Source of the DNA: Octopus sinensis
Taxonomy: Eukaryota
DNA length: 64,000 nt
NCBI RefSeq assembly: GCF_006345805.1
Contig: NC_043003.1
Span: forward strand, 108,686,001-108,750,000
Direction of reading: 5' to 3'
Shown: positions 13,606-26,512 of the stretch, in pieces
Numbering within the stretch: the stretch's first letter is position 1
Layout: the number at the start of each line of letters is the position of its first letter
Position numbers and translations under genes: made by a program
Notes under the pieces: model-generated
What the model was told of the DNA's origin: nothing
Seen by the model: only the letters and a program-made list of their open reading frames with translations
Database searches by the model: none

Positions 13606-13875
13606 ATAACCTGCCATCCACCGATGATGAAGCTAAGCCATCAGATTCTTCATCGGGTGGTTTGGAGCTTTCAATATTATAGTAATCCGGTCTCCTCCTT
13701 GGGATGGTATTATCCACAAAATAAGTTCCATCCTCTTCTTTGTAGTTTCCTAAATGTGCAGGATGTCCACTCACTGGATCATTCATATAGTCAGCTGGAA
13801 ATTCATTTTTGCCATATTTTTTGTCCCGGTCAAGCTCCCGATATGATGGGGGTCCATCACCATATTGGTTTGGAA
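13606..13875 (-). CDS. Coding exon D (VPNQYGDGPPSYREL...DGLASSSVDGRL)
   Basis: Acceptor tatgtttctttcag|TT CCA is phase 1, giving G|TT = Val with exon C. Consensus donor TTA T|gtgagt. The ORF tail beyond this runs into poly-T and a MITE, so it is intronic. Confidence 0.9.
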
Positions 13876-14034
13876 CTGAAAGAAACATAAATTTGGGGGA
13901 AAATCAAACAGAAATTTGAATAGCAGAGATCATAATTTAAAATCATTTCTTTTAAACAGCTTCCTCTGCCCCCCCCCCAACACTTCCTCATTGATTGAAC
14001 CCCACCGTCCATTTTTTTTTCTTATCTTTAATAT

Positions 14035-14220
14035 ATCTTTATCTTTTACTCGTTTCAATTATCAGACTGCGGCCATGCTGGGGCACCAAACTGAAGGATT
14101 TTCTTTTTAAGCCTGGTACTTATTGTTTCAGTCTCTTTTGCCGAATCACCAAGTTATGGGGATGTAAACACACCAACACCAGTTGTCAAGCAGCACTGGG
14201 GAACAAGCACACACACACTA
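14035..14220 (-). mobile_element. SINE family A tail half, continued by the head fragment after the TG expansion
   Basis: Tail consensus at 14035-14215; head fragment GGGAAGCAAGCTTTTTACCACACAGCCA at 15041-15068. Confidence 0.75.
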
Positions 14221-14521
14221 GTGTGTGTGTATGTGTGTGTGTATGTGTGTGTGTGTGTGTATGTGTGTGTGTGTATGTGTATGTGTGTGTGTGTGTATGT
14301 GTGTGTATGTGTGTGTGTGTGTATGTGTGTGTGTGTGTGTGTATGTGTGTGTGTGTGTGTATGTGTGTATGTGTGTGTGTATGTGTGTGTGTATATGTAT
14401 GTGTGTGTGTATGTGTGTGTGTATGGTGTGTGTGTGTGTGTATGTGTGTGTGTGTGTTGTGTGTATGTGTGTGTGGTGTGTGTGTGTATGTGTGTGTGTG
14501 TGTGTATGTGTGTGTGTATGT

Positions 14522-14565
<44 letters not shown>

Positions 14566-15020
14566 TGTGTGTTATGTGTGTGTGTGTTGTATGTGTGTGT
14601 GTGTGTATGTGTGTGTGTGTGTGGTGTATGTGTGTGTGTGTGTGTATGTGTGTGTGTGTGTATGTGTGTGTGTGTATGTGTGTGTGGTATGTGTGTGTAT
14701 GTGTGTGTGTGTGTGTATGTGTGTGTATGTGGTGTGTGTGTGTGTATGTGTGTGTGTGTGGTGTGTGTATGTGTGTGTGTTGTGTGTGTGTGTGTGTGGT
14801 GTGTGTATGTGTGTGTGTGTGTGTGTATGTGTGTGTTATGTGTGTGTGTATGTGTGTGGTGTGTGTGTATGTGTGTGTGTGTGTGTATGTGTGTGTGTGT
14901 ATGTGTGTATGTGTGTGTGTGTGTATGTGTGTGTGTGTATGTATGTGTGTGTGTATGTGTGTGTATGTGTGTGTGTGTAATGTGTGTGTAATGTGTGTGT
15001 GTAATGTGTGTGTGTAATGT
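14221..15020. repeat. About 800-bp degenerate (TG)n/(TATG)n microsatellite
   Basis: Seen directly; source of the spurious CV- and HT-repeat ORFs. Confidence 0.98.
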
Positions 15021-15446
15021 GTGCACATGTGTGTGTGTTCGGGAAGCAAGCTTTTTACCACACAGCCATGTTTGTGCCTCTCTCGCTCTCTCTATGAATG
15101 TGTGTGTGTGTGTGTGTGTGGTGTGTGTGTATGTGTGTGTGTGTGTATGTGTGTGTGTATGTGTGTGTGTGTGTGTATGTGTGTGTGTGTGTGTATGTGT
15201 GTGTGTGTGTGTATGTGTGTGTGTGTATGTGTGTGTATGTGTGTGTGTATGTGTGTGTATGTGTGTGTGTGTAATGTGTGTGTGTAATGTGTGTGTGTAA
15301 TGTGTGCACATGTGTGTGTGTTCGGGAAGCAAGCTTTTTACCACACAGCCATGTTTGTGCCTCTCTCGCTCTCTCTATGAATGTGTGTGTGTATGTGTGT
15401 GTGTGTGTGTGTGTATGTGTGTGTGTGTGTGTGTGTGTATGTGTGT

Positions 15447-15487
<41 letters not shown>

Positions 15488-15625
15488 TGTGTATGTGTGT
15501 GTATGTGTGTGTGTGTGTCTGTGTGTGTGTGTAATGTGTGTGTAATGTGTGCACATGTGTGTGTGTTCGGGAAGCAAGCTTTTTACCACACAGCCATGTT
15601 TGTGCCTCTCTCGCTCTCTCTATGA
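15021..15625. repeat. Tandem triplication of a roughly 78-bp unique unit plus (TG)n, with periods 283 and 245 bp
   Basis: Identical TTCGGGAAGCAAGC...CTCTCTATGAA segments start at 15038, 15321 and 15566. Confidence 0.95.
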
Positions 15626-16512
15626 ATGTGTGTGCGTGTGTGTGTGTGTGTGTGCGTGTGTGTGTATCAGTCTTATATGTTATCTTTTGATGAGCAAGAC
15701 TCAGAAGCAAGTCTCTGGATGCAGGCCTAACTGTTGGGGATGCTTGTCTCGCCTTCATAAATATAAGGACACAGGAAATGTGTCAAAGCCAACAGGAAGC
15801 GTTGATGCTTCCTAGGGTTAAATAGTGGTGGTGTGATTCCCTTTATGGGACTGTCACATTAAGCTGACAATATACAACCGCTCTATCGTTCCACCACTGC
15901 TTATATCCCTCTGAGATATTTAGAAATTTAATATTTCTATTTAATGTGGTAGTTACGAGAGAAGCTCTTATACTGGCTCTTGTCTATGCATACACACACA
16001 CACACACACACACAGCATATGTCAATAACTGTTATATGTAATACAGTTATGAATTGTAACCGCTTTGCTAATTCAAAGTTCCAGTGTATGGAAACAATTC
16101 CATTTCTTGAATTAACATGAGCGCAGTTATGGCCCTATGGTTTAGAAGCTCACTTAACTATAGGATTCCAGGTTTGATCCTACGGCACAGCACACTGGGG
16201 TCCCAATATCTTCAGTTAAACCCCAGGTTTACTAATAAATAATAAGTGGAATTTGGTAAACAGAAACTGTGAGCAAGTTCATCTGGTTGAATCATTAGAG
16301 CATCAGAATAAATACTTAGATGCATGTGTTGAAACTCCATACATTCTGAATTCAATTCCTACCAACATCAACTCTGCCTGTCATCATTCTGGGGTCAATA
16401 AAATACCAGTCAAACACTGAAGTTGATGTAATTAATTGATGTAATTAATTGAACTCCTCTTCTCAAAAATGGTGACTATGGGCCTCAAAATATAAGGTTG
16501 TGCATTTGTGTA

Positions 16513-16802
16513 TTTACATTACATAACATATCCCATAGTCTGGCTGACCATTCGGGCACCACTAATGACTCTGCAGCCAGATCCCTCCACCCATCTGTCT
16601 TCTGCCTCTCACACTGCATCTCTCATCTTTAGGCCTGTCCACTCAGAGATGTTTTCCCACCTATTTCTCTGTCTGCATCTGCCACCTTGGACTGTTCTCT
16701 GAAGGATCGTTTTGGCCATCCAGATGAGCAGGTGACATGCCCAAACCACTTGAGTTTGTGTTTCTTTACTGTGGTAAGAAGTTCCTCACAGGGCCCTATT
16801 GA
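16513..16802 (-). mobile_element. RTE-clade (RTE-X-like) LINE 3' fragment, decayed
   Basis: Manual translation gives IGPCEELLTTVKKHKLKWFGHVTCSSG..KTILQRTVQGGR..RQRNRWENISEWTGL..*EAEDR, with frameshifts and a stop, then a short (ATGTA)-like tail. Confidence 0.85.
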
Positions 16803-18197
16803 ATATTTACAAAAGCCTAAATACTGTTGTTGTACTCTTTACATTTCGCTACTCATGTTATTGATCCACAGTGATCAATAATATAAGTAGCAGAACTAAA
16901 CAACTAACAAGTTTAAAGACTGATATGATTGACTAGTAGCTTCAATCCTGCTACTCCAGCATATCTGCAGTCCGGTGACTGAATCCAGTAAAAGAATACA
17001 AGAACATCATGGGAAATGGAAAGCTGTTTCTGTCTGGAGGCCTTTATTTGACACACGTCTCACAGACAGAAAGACAGTCACGCAGAAACACACAGAAAGA
17101 ATTGCCTTAGCACGCAAATCAGGAATTGGCATCATTTGTATATACATATTCAATCTTAACATCATTATCAAGGAATGTGATGTTGTTATTTGTAGATCTG
17201 ATATCATTTTACAACCATCAGCAGACAATGATACCAGTGTAGCTTATATGTTATCAATATTACTGCCACGGGGGAAAAAACTTACCAAATCAGCAGAAAT
17301 GGTAGAGTTACAATTACGACTGTGATCACATGACAGTGTGTTTACATATTAACAGCAAGTAGCAATAATAATAATAATAATAATGACAACAACAACAATG
17401 CTTTCTATTATAGACACAAAGCCTGGAGTTTTGTGGGAAGGGGCTAGCAATTACATTGACCCCAGTATATGACTGGAAGTTATTTCATCAGCCCAGAAAG
17501 AATGAAAGGCGAAGTAACCATTGGTAGAATTTGAACTCAGAACACAAAGACAGTTGAAATGATGATAAGCACTTTGACTGGCATACTAACGATTCAGCTG
17601 GCTCACCACCACTTACCACTACTGGTCATAATAATAATAATAATCATCATCATTGCCGTTTAATGTCTTGCCTTCCATGCTGACATGGGTGGGACAGTTG
17701 AAGTGACTGTTTTGGCAGGATTTTTACAGCTGGATGCCCTTCCAAACACCAACCATTTTACAGTGTGGACTGGATGCTTTTTAAGTGGCACCTGCACTGA
17801 CAGGGTCGCCAAGTACATTGCAAAACAATATATATATATATATATATAATAGTATCAAGGCCAGAAATCTTAGAGGGAGAGGGTTACTTCACTGGTACTT
17901 AATTTATTCTGCTCCTCCAAAGGGATAAAAGGCAAAGCTGTCTTTTGCAGTATTTGAACTCAGAATGTAAAGTATCAGAAGAAATTCCACAAAGTACTTT
18001 GTCTCATAAACTAAACAATTCTGCTGGTTCACCATCTTAACATATACACAGTGACTTGTGTGGAAGAGAGGAAGGAATGTACATAACTGTGTAGAGAACT
18101 GCAATGTTATGACAACACATAATCTAGTACCAGGCTAGCAAAATCAAAGAAGTACTTGAAAGAAACCCAGTGTGTGTGTGTGTGTGTGTGTGTGTGT

Positions 18198-18430
18198 ATC
18201 ATCATCATCATCATTGCTTAGTACCTGCTTTCCAGGCTGGCATGGGTTGACAGAAGACTGGCAAGCCAGAAGGCTGTACCAGGCTCCAGTCTGATCTGGC
18301 AAAGTTTCTACAGCTGGATGCCCTTCCTAATGCCAACCACTCGGAGTAGTGGGTGCTTTTTATGTGCCAGTCAGGCAACAATGGCATCAGCCATGCTTGA
18401 ATGGTGCGTTTTACATGCCACGAAGGGGCA
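18198..18430 (-). mobile_element. Repeat family C copy
   Basis: (CAT)n tail and ACAGCTGGATGCCCTTCCTAATGCCAACC core in reverse. Confidence 0.8.
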
Positions 18431-18559
18431 TTGCACAACCCACAGATCTGGTCAGTAGCCCTCAACAGATTGTCCTGTAGAAACTTCCAGTTGTCTTCTA
18501 CATTATGTGATGCTATACCTTCCTATATTTTGTCAAAAGCCTCGAGTAATACGTATATG

Positions 18560-18721
18560 TACATATGTGTGTGTGCGCATGTGTGTGTGTGTGTGCATGT
18601 ATGTGTATATATGTACCATACATAATGTACATACATGTACATATATACATATATATATATGTACATATATGTACATACATGTACATATGTATATATATGT
18701 ATGTATATATGTATGTATGTA

Positions 18722-18805
<84 letters not shown>
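18560..18805. repeat. Compound microsatellite (TG)/(TA,TAC)/(TATG)/(TG)/(AG)
   Basis: Seen directly. Confidence 0.95.
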
Positions 18806-18807
<2 letters not shown>

Positions 18808-20490
18808 AGCATATATGTGTATATTTGTCTCCATTCAAGAGACACCCACACACACGACAGGCTTCTTTCAGTTTCTATCTTCCAAATCCACTCACAAGGC
18901 TTTTGTTGGCCCAGGTCTATAGTACCACACACTGGGATTTGAACCAGCATCTACATGGTTGGGAAGCAAGCTTCTTACCGCACAGCCATGTTTGCATCTA
19001 AATTCTCTAAATTAAATAACTATCTTTGCTTTTTAATTCTAATTTGTGTGGTTATTGTGTTTGGAACTAACAGTAACAATTGAGACTGATGCTTGCTTAG
19101 TATTTAAATTGGGTTTCACAACAGATCAAGTCAAAAAAACAAAGTTTAATGTTATTTTGCTAAAAGCTATTATTGTGCTTTTTGCGTTTTTTTGTTAGGT
19201 TGCATTATGGTGGTGGTGGTGGTGGTGGCTTTAAATAAACTCAATTTTCAGGTGTACGTAACTTCTGATTAGTTAGAACTACTTGCTAAGATGTTTTGTG
19301 ACAAAATGAATGAAATCAAACAAAAACTAAGAACATGTAAAAGAAACACATGCTTCATCACCCTCCGCAGTTCATTCGACATCTGTTTTCCGTGCTGGCA
19401 GGAGTTGGCATGGTTTGTCAAGAACCGACAAACTGTAATGTCAGTTTTAATAAAGCATTCAGTACACTGTGGAGTGGTTGGCATCAGGAAGGGCATCCAG
19501 CCACAGAAACCAAGCCAAAACAGATTATGGAATCTGGTGTGGTCCCTGGCCATACCAGTTCCTGTCAAACTGTTCAACCCATGTGAGTATGTAGAACAGA
19601 TGTTCAATGAGGGTGAGCTGGATGCTCTTTCTAACACCAGCCACTTTTACAGTATGTAATGGGTGCTTTTCCCATGACACTGACACTCATGCAGGTAAAC
19701 TGCAAGAAAAGCTCGTGTCTGAGAGCAAAGGGGAGAGAATTAGAGGGGGAAGTGGCTTTATGCTAGATGTTGAGAGATCAAAGTATGACAGAGGGACAAG
19801 CACAAGCGTTTCGCCATGGAGGAGATACATAGCCACCCAGCATTATATAAGAGTGGGTGGAAGTAGCTAGAAAGATGATAAAAATGGTGATGATGAGGTG
19901 CCAGAGTAAATTCCCAAGGTACAAGAAGCCGCAAATAATTACATGATGTACTATATGTTTCTGTATGTAATTAGACAGTTAATACAGACTTTAATTACAT
20001 TGATAAAATGGGTTGCTATAATTAATATGGATTGCTTCAGTAATTTTTATCTTCCCTACAGAATTATATTGTCAAGTGGAAACAAAAGTCAATATTATCG
20101 AAATGATATGATGGATTTTAAGCTGTGTGGTTAAGGTTATTTCCCACTAACTATGTGGTTTCTGGTTCAATTACACTGTACAACTCCTTGGGCAAGTGAT
20201 TTCTACTGTAGCCCCATCCAACCAAAGCCTTGTGAGTTGATTTGGTAGATAGAAATTGAAAGGAGCTCAGTGTGTGTACATCAGGAACTACAAGTGATGG
20301 TGGTGTCACTTCCCTTGTCAATAAATTGTCTGCTGGCTTTGTGCCTTTGATGACGTGTGAAATAAGAAAAACAGATAAGAGTAAAAAATAACAGGGAAAC
20401 GATCTGGCTGTGAAACTATAATTTCAATAGCATGGGAACACAAACAGAGAAGTGAATGAACACAAGGAGAATGCAAAGAATAAAACTTAC

Positions 20491-21062
20491 CATATCTATC
20501 ACTTCCAATAGCTGGTGATGGTGTCTGTCGAAATGTAGACATCTCTGGTAATGGTGGAGGTCCATTATGAATTACGTCATCTTGAACTTGGTCCTTGAAT
20601 AGGTCATCAGCAAAGGGATCGACCCTGACAGGAGGTAGACCTTGGTGTCGTTTGTCAACATCATCAATGCCATAAGGTAATCCCGGCTCCTGATGCGATG
20701 GAGAACCACGATACATAAGGTCCAAACCATCGTCAGGGTATCTACCGTTGTTGGCCATGAGAGGCTTGTTGTATTTATCCAGAACAGGTTCGTTGTTGTG
20801 CCGCAAGTCGTAAGGCGATTCACGGTAAGAATTTGCATAACCAATAACAGGCTCTCCAACAGGAGAATCACGATAGTGGGGGCTCACCACAGAACTGTGC
20901 ACCGGGGGATCAAATGCATTGTTTTCATATGGAAGATGTCTCATGGCGGGGTCATTAGGGTAAACTTCTGGATAAGGGGGTAAATCTCCATATTGAATGT
21001 TTCCCCCTATCAATGGTGCGTTGTTGTGGTAATTACTGCGGTCATTATAATAATCAGTATCC
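20491..21062 (-). CDS. Coding exon C (DTDYYNDRSNYHNN...PAIGSDRY), Asp/Pro/Tyr-rich
   Basis: 572 nt open frame inside ORF 20318-21094. Acceptor tctcttttctctgttgcag|G GAT (phase 2) and donor TAT G|gtaagt (phase 1). GC is higher than in the flanks. Confidence 0.92.
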
Positions 21063-24000
21063 CTGCAACAGAGAAAAGAGAAATCTAATAACAAATATGT
21101 CCCATGTCTTCATCATTATCATCATCCTCATTTAATGCAGACATGGGTTGAACAGTTTGACTGGAGCTGGTAAGTCAGAGAACTGTGCCAAGCTCCACTA
21201 TCTGCTTTGGTATGGCTTTTACAGCTGGATGCCCTTCCTAACACCAACTTTATAGAACGGACAAGGTGTTTTTTTACATGGCACCAGCAAGGTCTGCTTT
21301 GGCATGGTTTTTACGACTGGGTGTTCTTCCTAACACCAACCACTTTACAGAGCGGACAGGGTGCATATCTCAGTTATTAATTGTAGGTAAGCACTTTGTA
21401 CACAGAAATTTGGTGTTTGTGCCAATGGATGATAAATCTTACCAGCAACTTATAGTTTTTACTGAATTTATAAAATTTATAAAATCTATATTGTAAATAA
21501 AGATGCAAAATAATTTGTGCATTTGATCTTTTCTCCGGAACTTGGACATGTTTCACAGTGATGGTAAAGAAGAGAAAATTAAACAGTTCAAGATCAGAGG
21601 AAGATTAAGTGCTGAAATATTTTAAATGGGATAGAATTCACCTAAAATATGTAAAATGGATTTGAAGAAACTAAATCTAAAATTGCACTTAGATAGAGGT
21701 ACAATAATAATTGCCTAATATAGGCACAAAAAGCCTGAAATCAGGGGACAGAGGTTAGTTGAGTAAATTGGCTCCAGTACTTGACTGGTACTTTATTTTA
21801 TTCACCCCAGAGGGATAAAAGATAAAGTTGATGTCTGTGGGAGGTGAACTCAGAATCCTGAAGTCCTATAGCAAATATTGCAAAGTTCTGGTTCCACCAG
21901 CTCCACTACCTTAAATAATAATAATAATAATAATAAGGGTTCTAAGCACTTGAAAGACTGAAAACTTGTGGCTGAATAAGGTTAGAGGTAGTAACTCGCT
22001 ACCCACATAAATCTTACCAGGAATAAGACTGAACCTGAGCCAAATAATAACACCTTTCTACTCTAGGCACAAGGCCTGGAATTTGTGGGGAGGGGACTAG
22101 TTGATTACATTGACCCATGTTTAACTGGTACTTAATTTATTGACCCCGAAAGGATGAAAAGCAAAAGTTGACTTTGGCGGAATTTGAACTCACAGCATAA
22201 AGATGAATGAAATACTGCTAAGCATTTTGCCAGGTTGCCAATAATAATAATAAAAATGATAATAGTATACAAGCATGAGAGAGAACTTTCATATGCTGCA
22301 AATAATTCTTGACCTGCCAGAAACAGCAGTCAAATCTCACTCAAATTACATCTTACCATCTTGAGAAAATAAGAGTGGTTTTAGTAGACAGAAATTGAAA
22401 GAAGCAAGTTGAGTGTGTCTGTGTGTCTGTGTGAGCACGTGCACAGGTGTGTCTCCTTGCACTGACATCATGTGATGCTAGGAAGCAGGTGTCATTCATT
22501 TCCAGTTTCCCGTTAAAAACATGTCTGGCCAAGGAAAAATGTTATCTTATTTGACAACAGTTAAGAGTTTGTGACAGGAAGGGCATCCAGCTATCAGAAA
22601 TATGTCTCAGTGATTTCCATCCAACCCATGCAAGCATGGAAAAATTGATGTGATGATGATAGTGAATCCCTAAAATAATAGGTGTCTTGGGAATGATAAA
22701 ACAAAGACACAAGCAAATATATTACCAAAATCACCAGGACTTTATATAAACAACACACAAAGAAATAACATGACTAAGCATGGAAATACATATTCCATTA
22801 TTAAATGCTCAATGCACATAGAGCTGCACTTAAATGTACTGTGGACATGCAATGAAATAAAGAATACTGGAATTAATAACACTAAGGAATTTAGCAAAAA
22901 GAAAAACCTCAATTCCTGAAGCAATGGAACTTGGTTAGTCAGAAGTGCTGGCCATCGATAATAAGGCAGATTAATCAGAAATAACATGGTGCTATACCAC
23001 AGCTGAACTAATCTGATATTAGTCAGAAGTCCTGTATCACCATATTATGGCAATCAAGGGGAACGTCCTGGTTTCATGTCCTTCAGATCATATAGCTATT
23101 AATCCATTAGCTACCAGATGTTCATGATCTAATAATGCCTGCGAATCATACTTATTTACTAAGCTAGCCAGCTAGCTTGTTCTCCGTTTCCGTTCCACCC
23201 AGGAAAACAATTGTCTGGAGATTGCACATGCGTGTATTCACGGTTGTTTCCGTGAGCTGTAACAGTTTAAGAGAGAGAACACACCCCTTTCCTCTTCCCC
23301 ACAAACACTTATCTCCCTTGATATCAAGGAGATCCAAACCAATTTAGGCTTATCACCGTAATTCTGAAATGCAAAGACATATACACGTAGAAAAAAAAAA
23401 GTACAAAACCAATGAATTGTGGGTAACTTTGTAAGTCATTCTGACTCATTCATATAGAATGTGTAAACTACACATATTTTGACTGTCCAACATTATAAAC
23501 ACAACACATACATATGTATACACATATAATGCATGCATATACTCAAGACATGTACACACATGCATGTAAATAAACAGACATTTATATACAATCACATACA
23601 TACATGCAGATAAACACACATATACATATGTGTGTGTATATATACACATGCAAACAGATATTCACATACATGTACAGATACATATACACACATACAAACT
23701 AAATGACATACTTATACATGCACACATACACATATGAACATAGAGATATTACTCATGCACAAAATTGAAATTAAATTCATACAAAAGCAAATTCAAACAT
23801 AAAGACATGGGGAGGTGGTAGGGAGCAATGACAGATAGGAGGGGGGAGATGAAAAGCTATCAAAGAATACTATTAAAAAATATAAAATAAAATAACCAAT
23901 AAATATAGAATTAATAAGAAGGAAAATGAGGTGGGAGGGAGTTTTTTATAATTTTTAACTGAATCAGTTTGTAAATTATCAACATATATAATGGTTAATA

Positions 24001-24798
24001 AAAAGGAGAATATTTAAAAAAAAACAAAACCCCATTTAAACTTGCAATGACTGTTACCCTGACAGAAAATAACCATATTTATTCAGTCAAAATCTAACAA
24101 GTCCAACTGAGGTCTGAAAGGAAGTGTTCTATGTAACTACCAGAACTATGGTGTAAACAAATGACTTTAAAGAGTCAGTGTTTGGTAACCTGACATACCC
24201 AGTGCTAATGTGAAAATAATGGGGCGGGGGGGGGGAGAGGAACACAACACACACATATGTAAGAGGGACAAGTTCTTAAATTTAGTAGGAATTCTTTTAA
24301 CTAAAAACAAGGCTACTTTTCTTAATCTTTTAGCATTCAGAATACTTTGTTAAATGCAATGCTTCTTTATTAAGCTATTTCCCTGAGGACAATGCTAACA
24401 ACAGACACAAGGAAAAGAACAAAAAGCCAACAACAATTCTTTCTACCATACGTACAAAGCCTGATATTTGGCAGAGAGGGTACTAGTCGATTAGTACCCG
24501 AGAGGGTACTAGTCAATTAGTACCCTCTCTAGTATTTGACTGGTAATTATTTTATTGACTCTAAATGGAAATGCAAAGTCAACCTCAGCATAATAATAAT
24601 TTCAAATTTTTACCACAAGGGGAGGAGATTAAGTTGATTACATTGACCCCAGTTCATAACTGGTACCTATTTCATTAACCCTGAAAGGATGAAAGGCAAA
24701 GTCGACTTTGGTGGAATTTGAGCTCAGAACATAGGGACAGATGAAATTGCCACGAAGCATTTTTGCCAACATGCTAATGATTCTGCCAGCTTGCTACC

Positions 24799-24836
<38 letters not shown>

Positions 24837-24842
24837 CAAAAT

Positions 24843-25225
24843 GGAGGGAAGAGGCAGACCCAGGAAGACATGGGATGAAGTGGTGAAGCACGATCTTTGA
24901 ATGTTGGACCCCACAGAGGCGATGAAAAGTGACTGAGATCTTTGGCGATATGCTTGGGAAGACTTGTCAAACCAAATGAAATCGTAGTCATGGCTGATGC
25001 TGGTGTCACTTAACTGGCACCTGTGCTGGTGGCACATAAAGGACCCATGCTAGTGGCATGTAAAAAGCACCCATTACACTCTTGGAGTGGTGGGCATTAG
25101 GAAGGGCATCCAGCCATAGAAATCATGCCAAATCAGACTGGAGCCCGGTGCTGCTCTCTGGCTTACCAGTTCTAGTCAAACTGTCTATCCCATGCCAGCA
25201 TAGAAAGTAGATATTAAATGAATAA
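24843..25225 (+). mobile_element. RTE LINE ORF2 C-terminus contiguous with a family C repeat
   Basis: GRGRPRKTWDEVVKHDL*MLDPTEAMKSD*DLWRYA, then GTAAAAAGCACCC...AGGAAGGGCATCCAGC...CCCATGCCAGCAT tail. Confidence 0.8.
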
Positions 25226-25420
25226 TAATAGTAAGAATAATTTTGAAACAAGCCAGCAATTTTAGAGTAGGGAGTAGGTCGATTTGCATTAACACCAGTA
25301 CTCAGTTGGTATTTAGTGACCTTGAGAGGAAGAAAGGCAGAGTTGACCTCTGTGGAATTTGAACTCAGAATATGAAGACATACAAAATGCCAGTAAGCAT
25401 TTTGCCCAGAGTGCTAGCAG

Positions 25421-25457
<37 letters not shown>

Positions 25458-26123
25458 TAATAATAATAATAAATAATTCCTATTAGGCACAAAACCTGAA
25501 ATATTTTAGGGAGTGGGCTAGTCAATTACATTGATCAAAGTCAACCGTGGCAAAATTTGAACTCACAATGCTACTAAGCATTTGTCCAGCATATTAACAA
25601 CATTGCCATGTCACTGCATCATCATCATCATTATTATTATTATTATTATAATAAGGCAGTGAGCTGGCAGAATCATTAGCATGCCGGAAAAAAACCCCAA
25701 AAAAACTTAGCAATATTTCGTCCACCTTTAAGTTCCGAGTTCAAATTTGGCCAAGGTCAACTTTGCCTCCCATCTCTTTTGGGGGTTGATAAAATCAGTA
25801 CCAGTTAGGACACTGGAGTCAATGTAAATGACTTACCCACTCTTGCTAAAATTTCACCCATTTTCCAGGCTGGCATGGTTTGGATGGTTTCACGGGAGCT
25901 GGTAAGCTGCTCCAGGCTCTAATTGTCTGTTTTGGTATAGTTTCTATAGTTGTATGCTCTTTCTAATGCCAACCACTTCACAGGTGTACTGGGAGTTTTT
26001 TATTTGATACCAGCACTGGTGATTGGGTGCTTTATATGTGGAATCCACACAGGTACTTTTAACATTTTACCAGCACAAGTGCTTTTTTACATGGCACCAC
26101 TATTATTATTAATAATGGTATCA

Positions 26124-26512
26124 GATGGTGAGCAGGCAGAATCGTTAGCACATTGAGTAAAAATGCTTAGCAGTATTTCATCTATGTTCTGAGTTCAAAT
26201 TCTGCCAAGGTCAACTTTGCCTTTCTTCTTTTGGGGTTGATTAAATAAGTACCAGCACTGGGATCGATGTAATCGACTTAATCCCTTCCCCCAAATCTGA
26301 GGCCTTGTACTTCCAGTAGAAAGGGTTATTAATAATGTTCTCAAATTTTGGTACAAGGCCAGCAATTTTGGGGTAGGGGTGTAAGTTGATTACATCAACC
26401 CCAGTACAGAAAAAAAGGCTAGAGGCAAAGTTAACCTCAGTGGAATTTGAACTCAGAATGTAAAGGCAGCTGAAATACCATTTCCACTACCATTCTGCTA
26501 TCTAGCCACCTT
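26124..26512. mobile_element. Tail-to-tail pair of SINE family B copies (plus 26124-26335, minus 26340-26512)
   Basis: GAGTTCAAATTCTGCCAAGGTCAACTTTGCC on plus, then GGCAAAGTTAACCTCAGTGGAATTTGAACTC. Confidence 0.8.

Noticed and set aside
14998-15625. Repeat-spacer pattern resembling a CRISPR array
   Set aside because: Eukaryotic context; the spacers are (TG)n and the repeat is a SINE fragment.
13995-15815. Many long ORFs (up to 396 aa) of CV or HT repeats
   Set aside because: Translations of (TG)n/(CA)n microsatellite, which has no stops.
16975-17325. 116-aa plus-strand ORF and overlapping 73-aa minus-strand ORF in unique sequence
   Set aside because: No recognisable motif or matching splice sites; exons C and D already join in frame.
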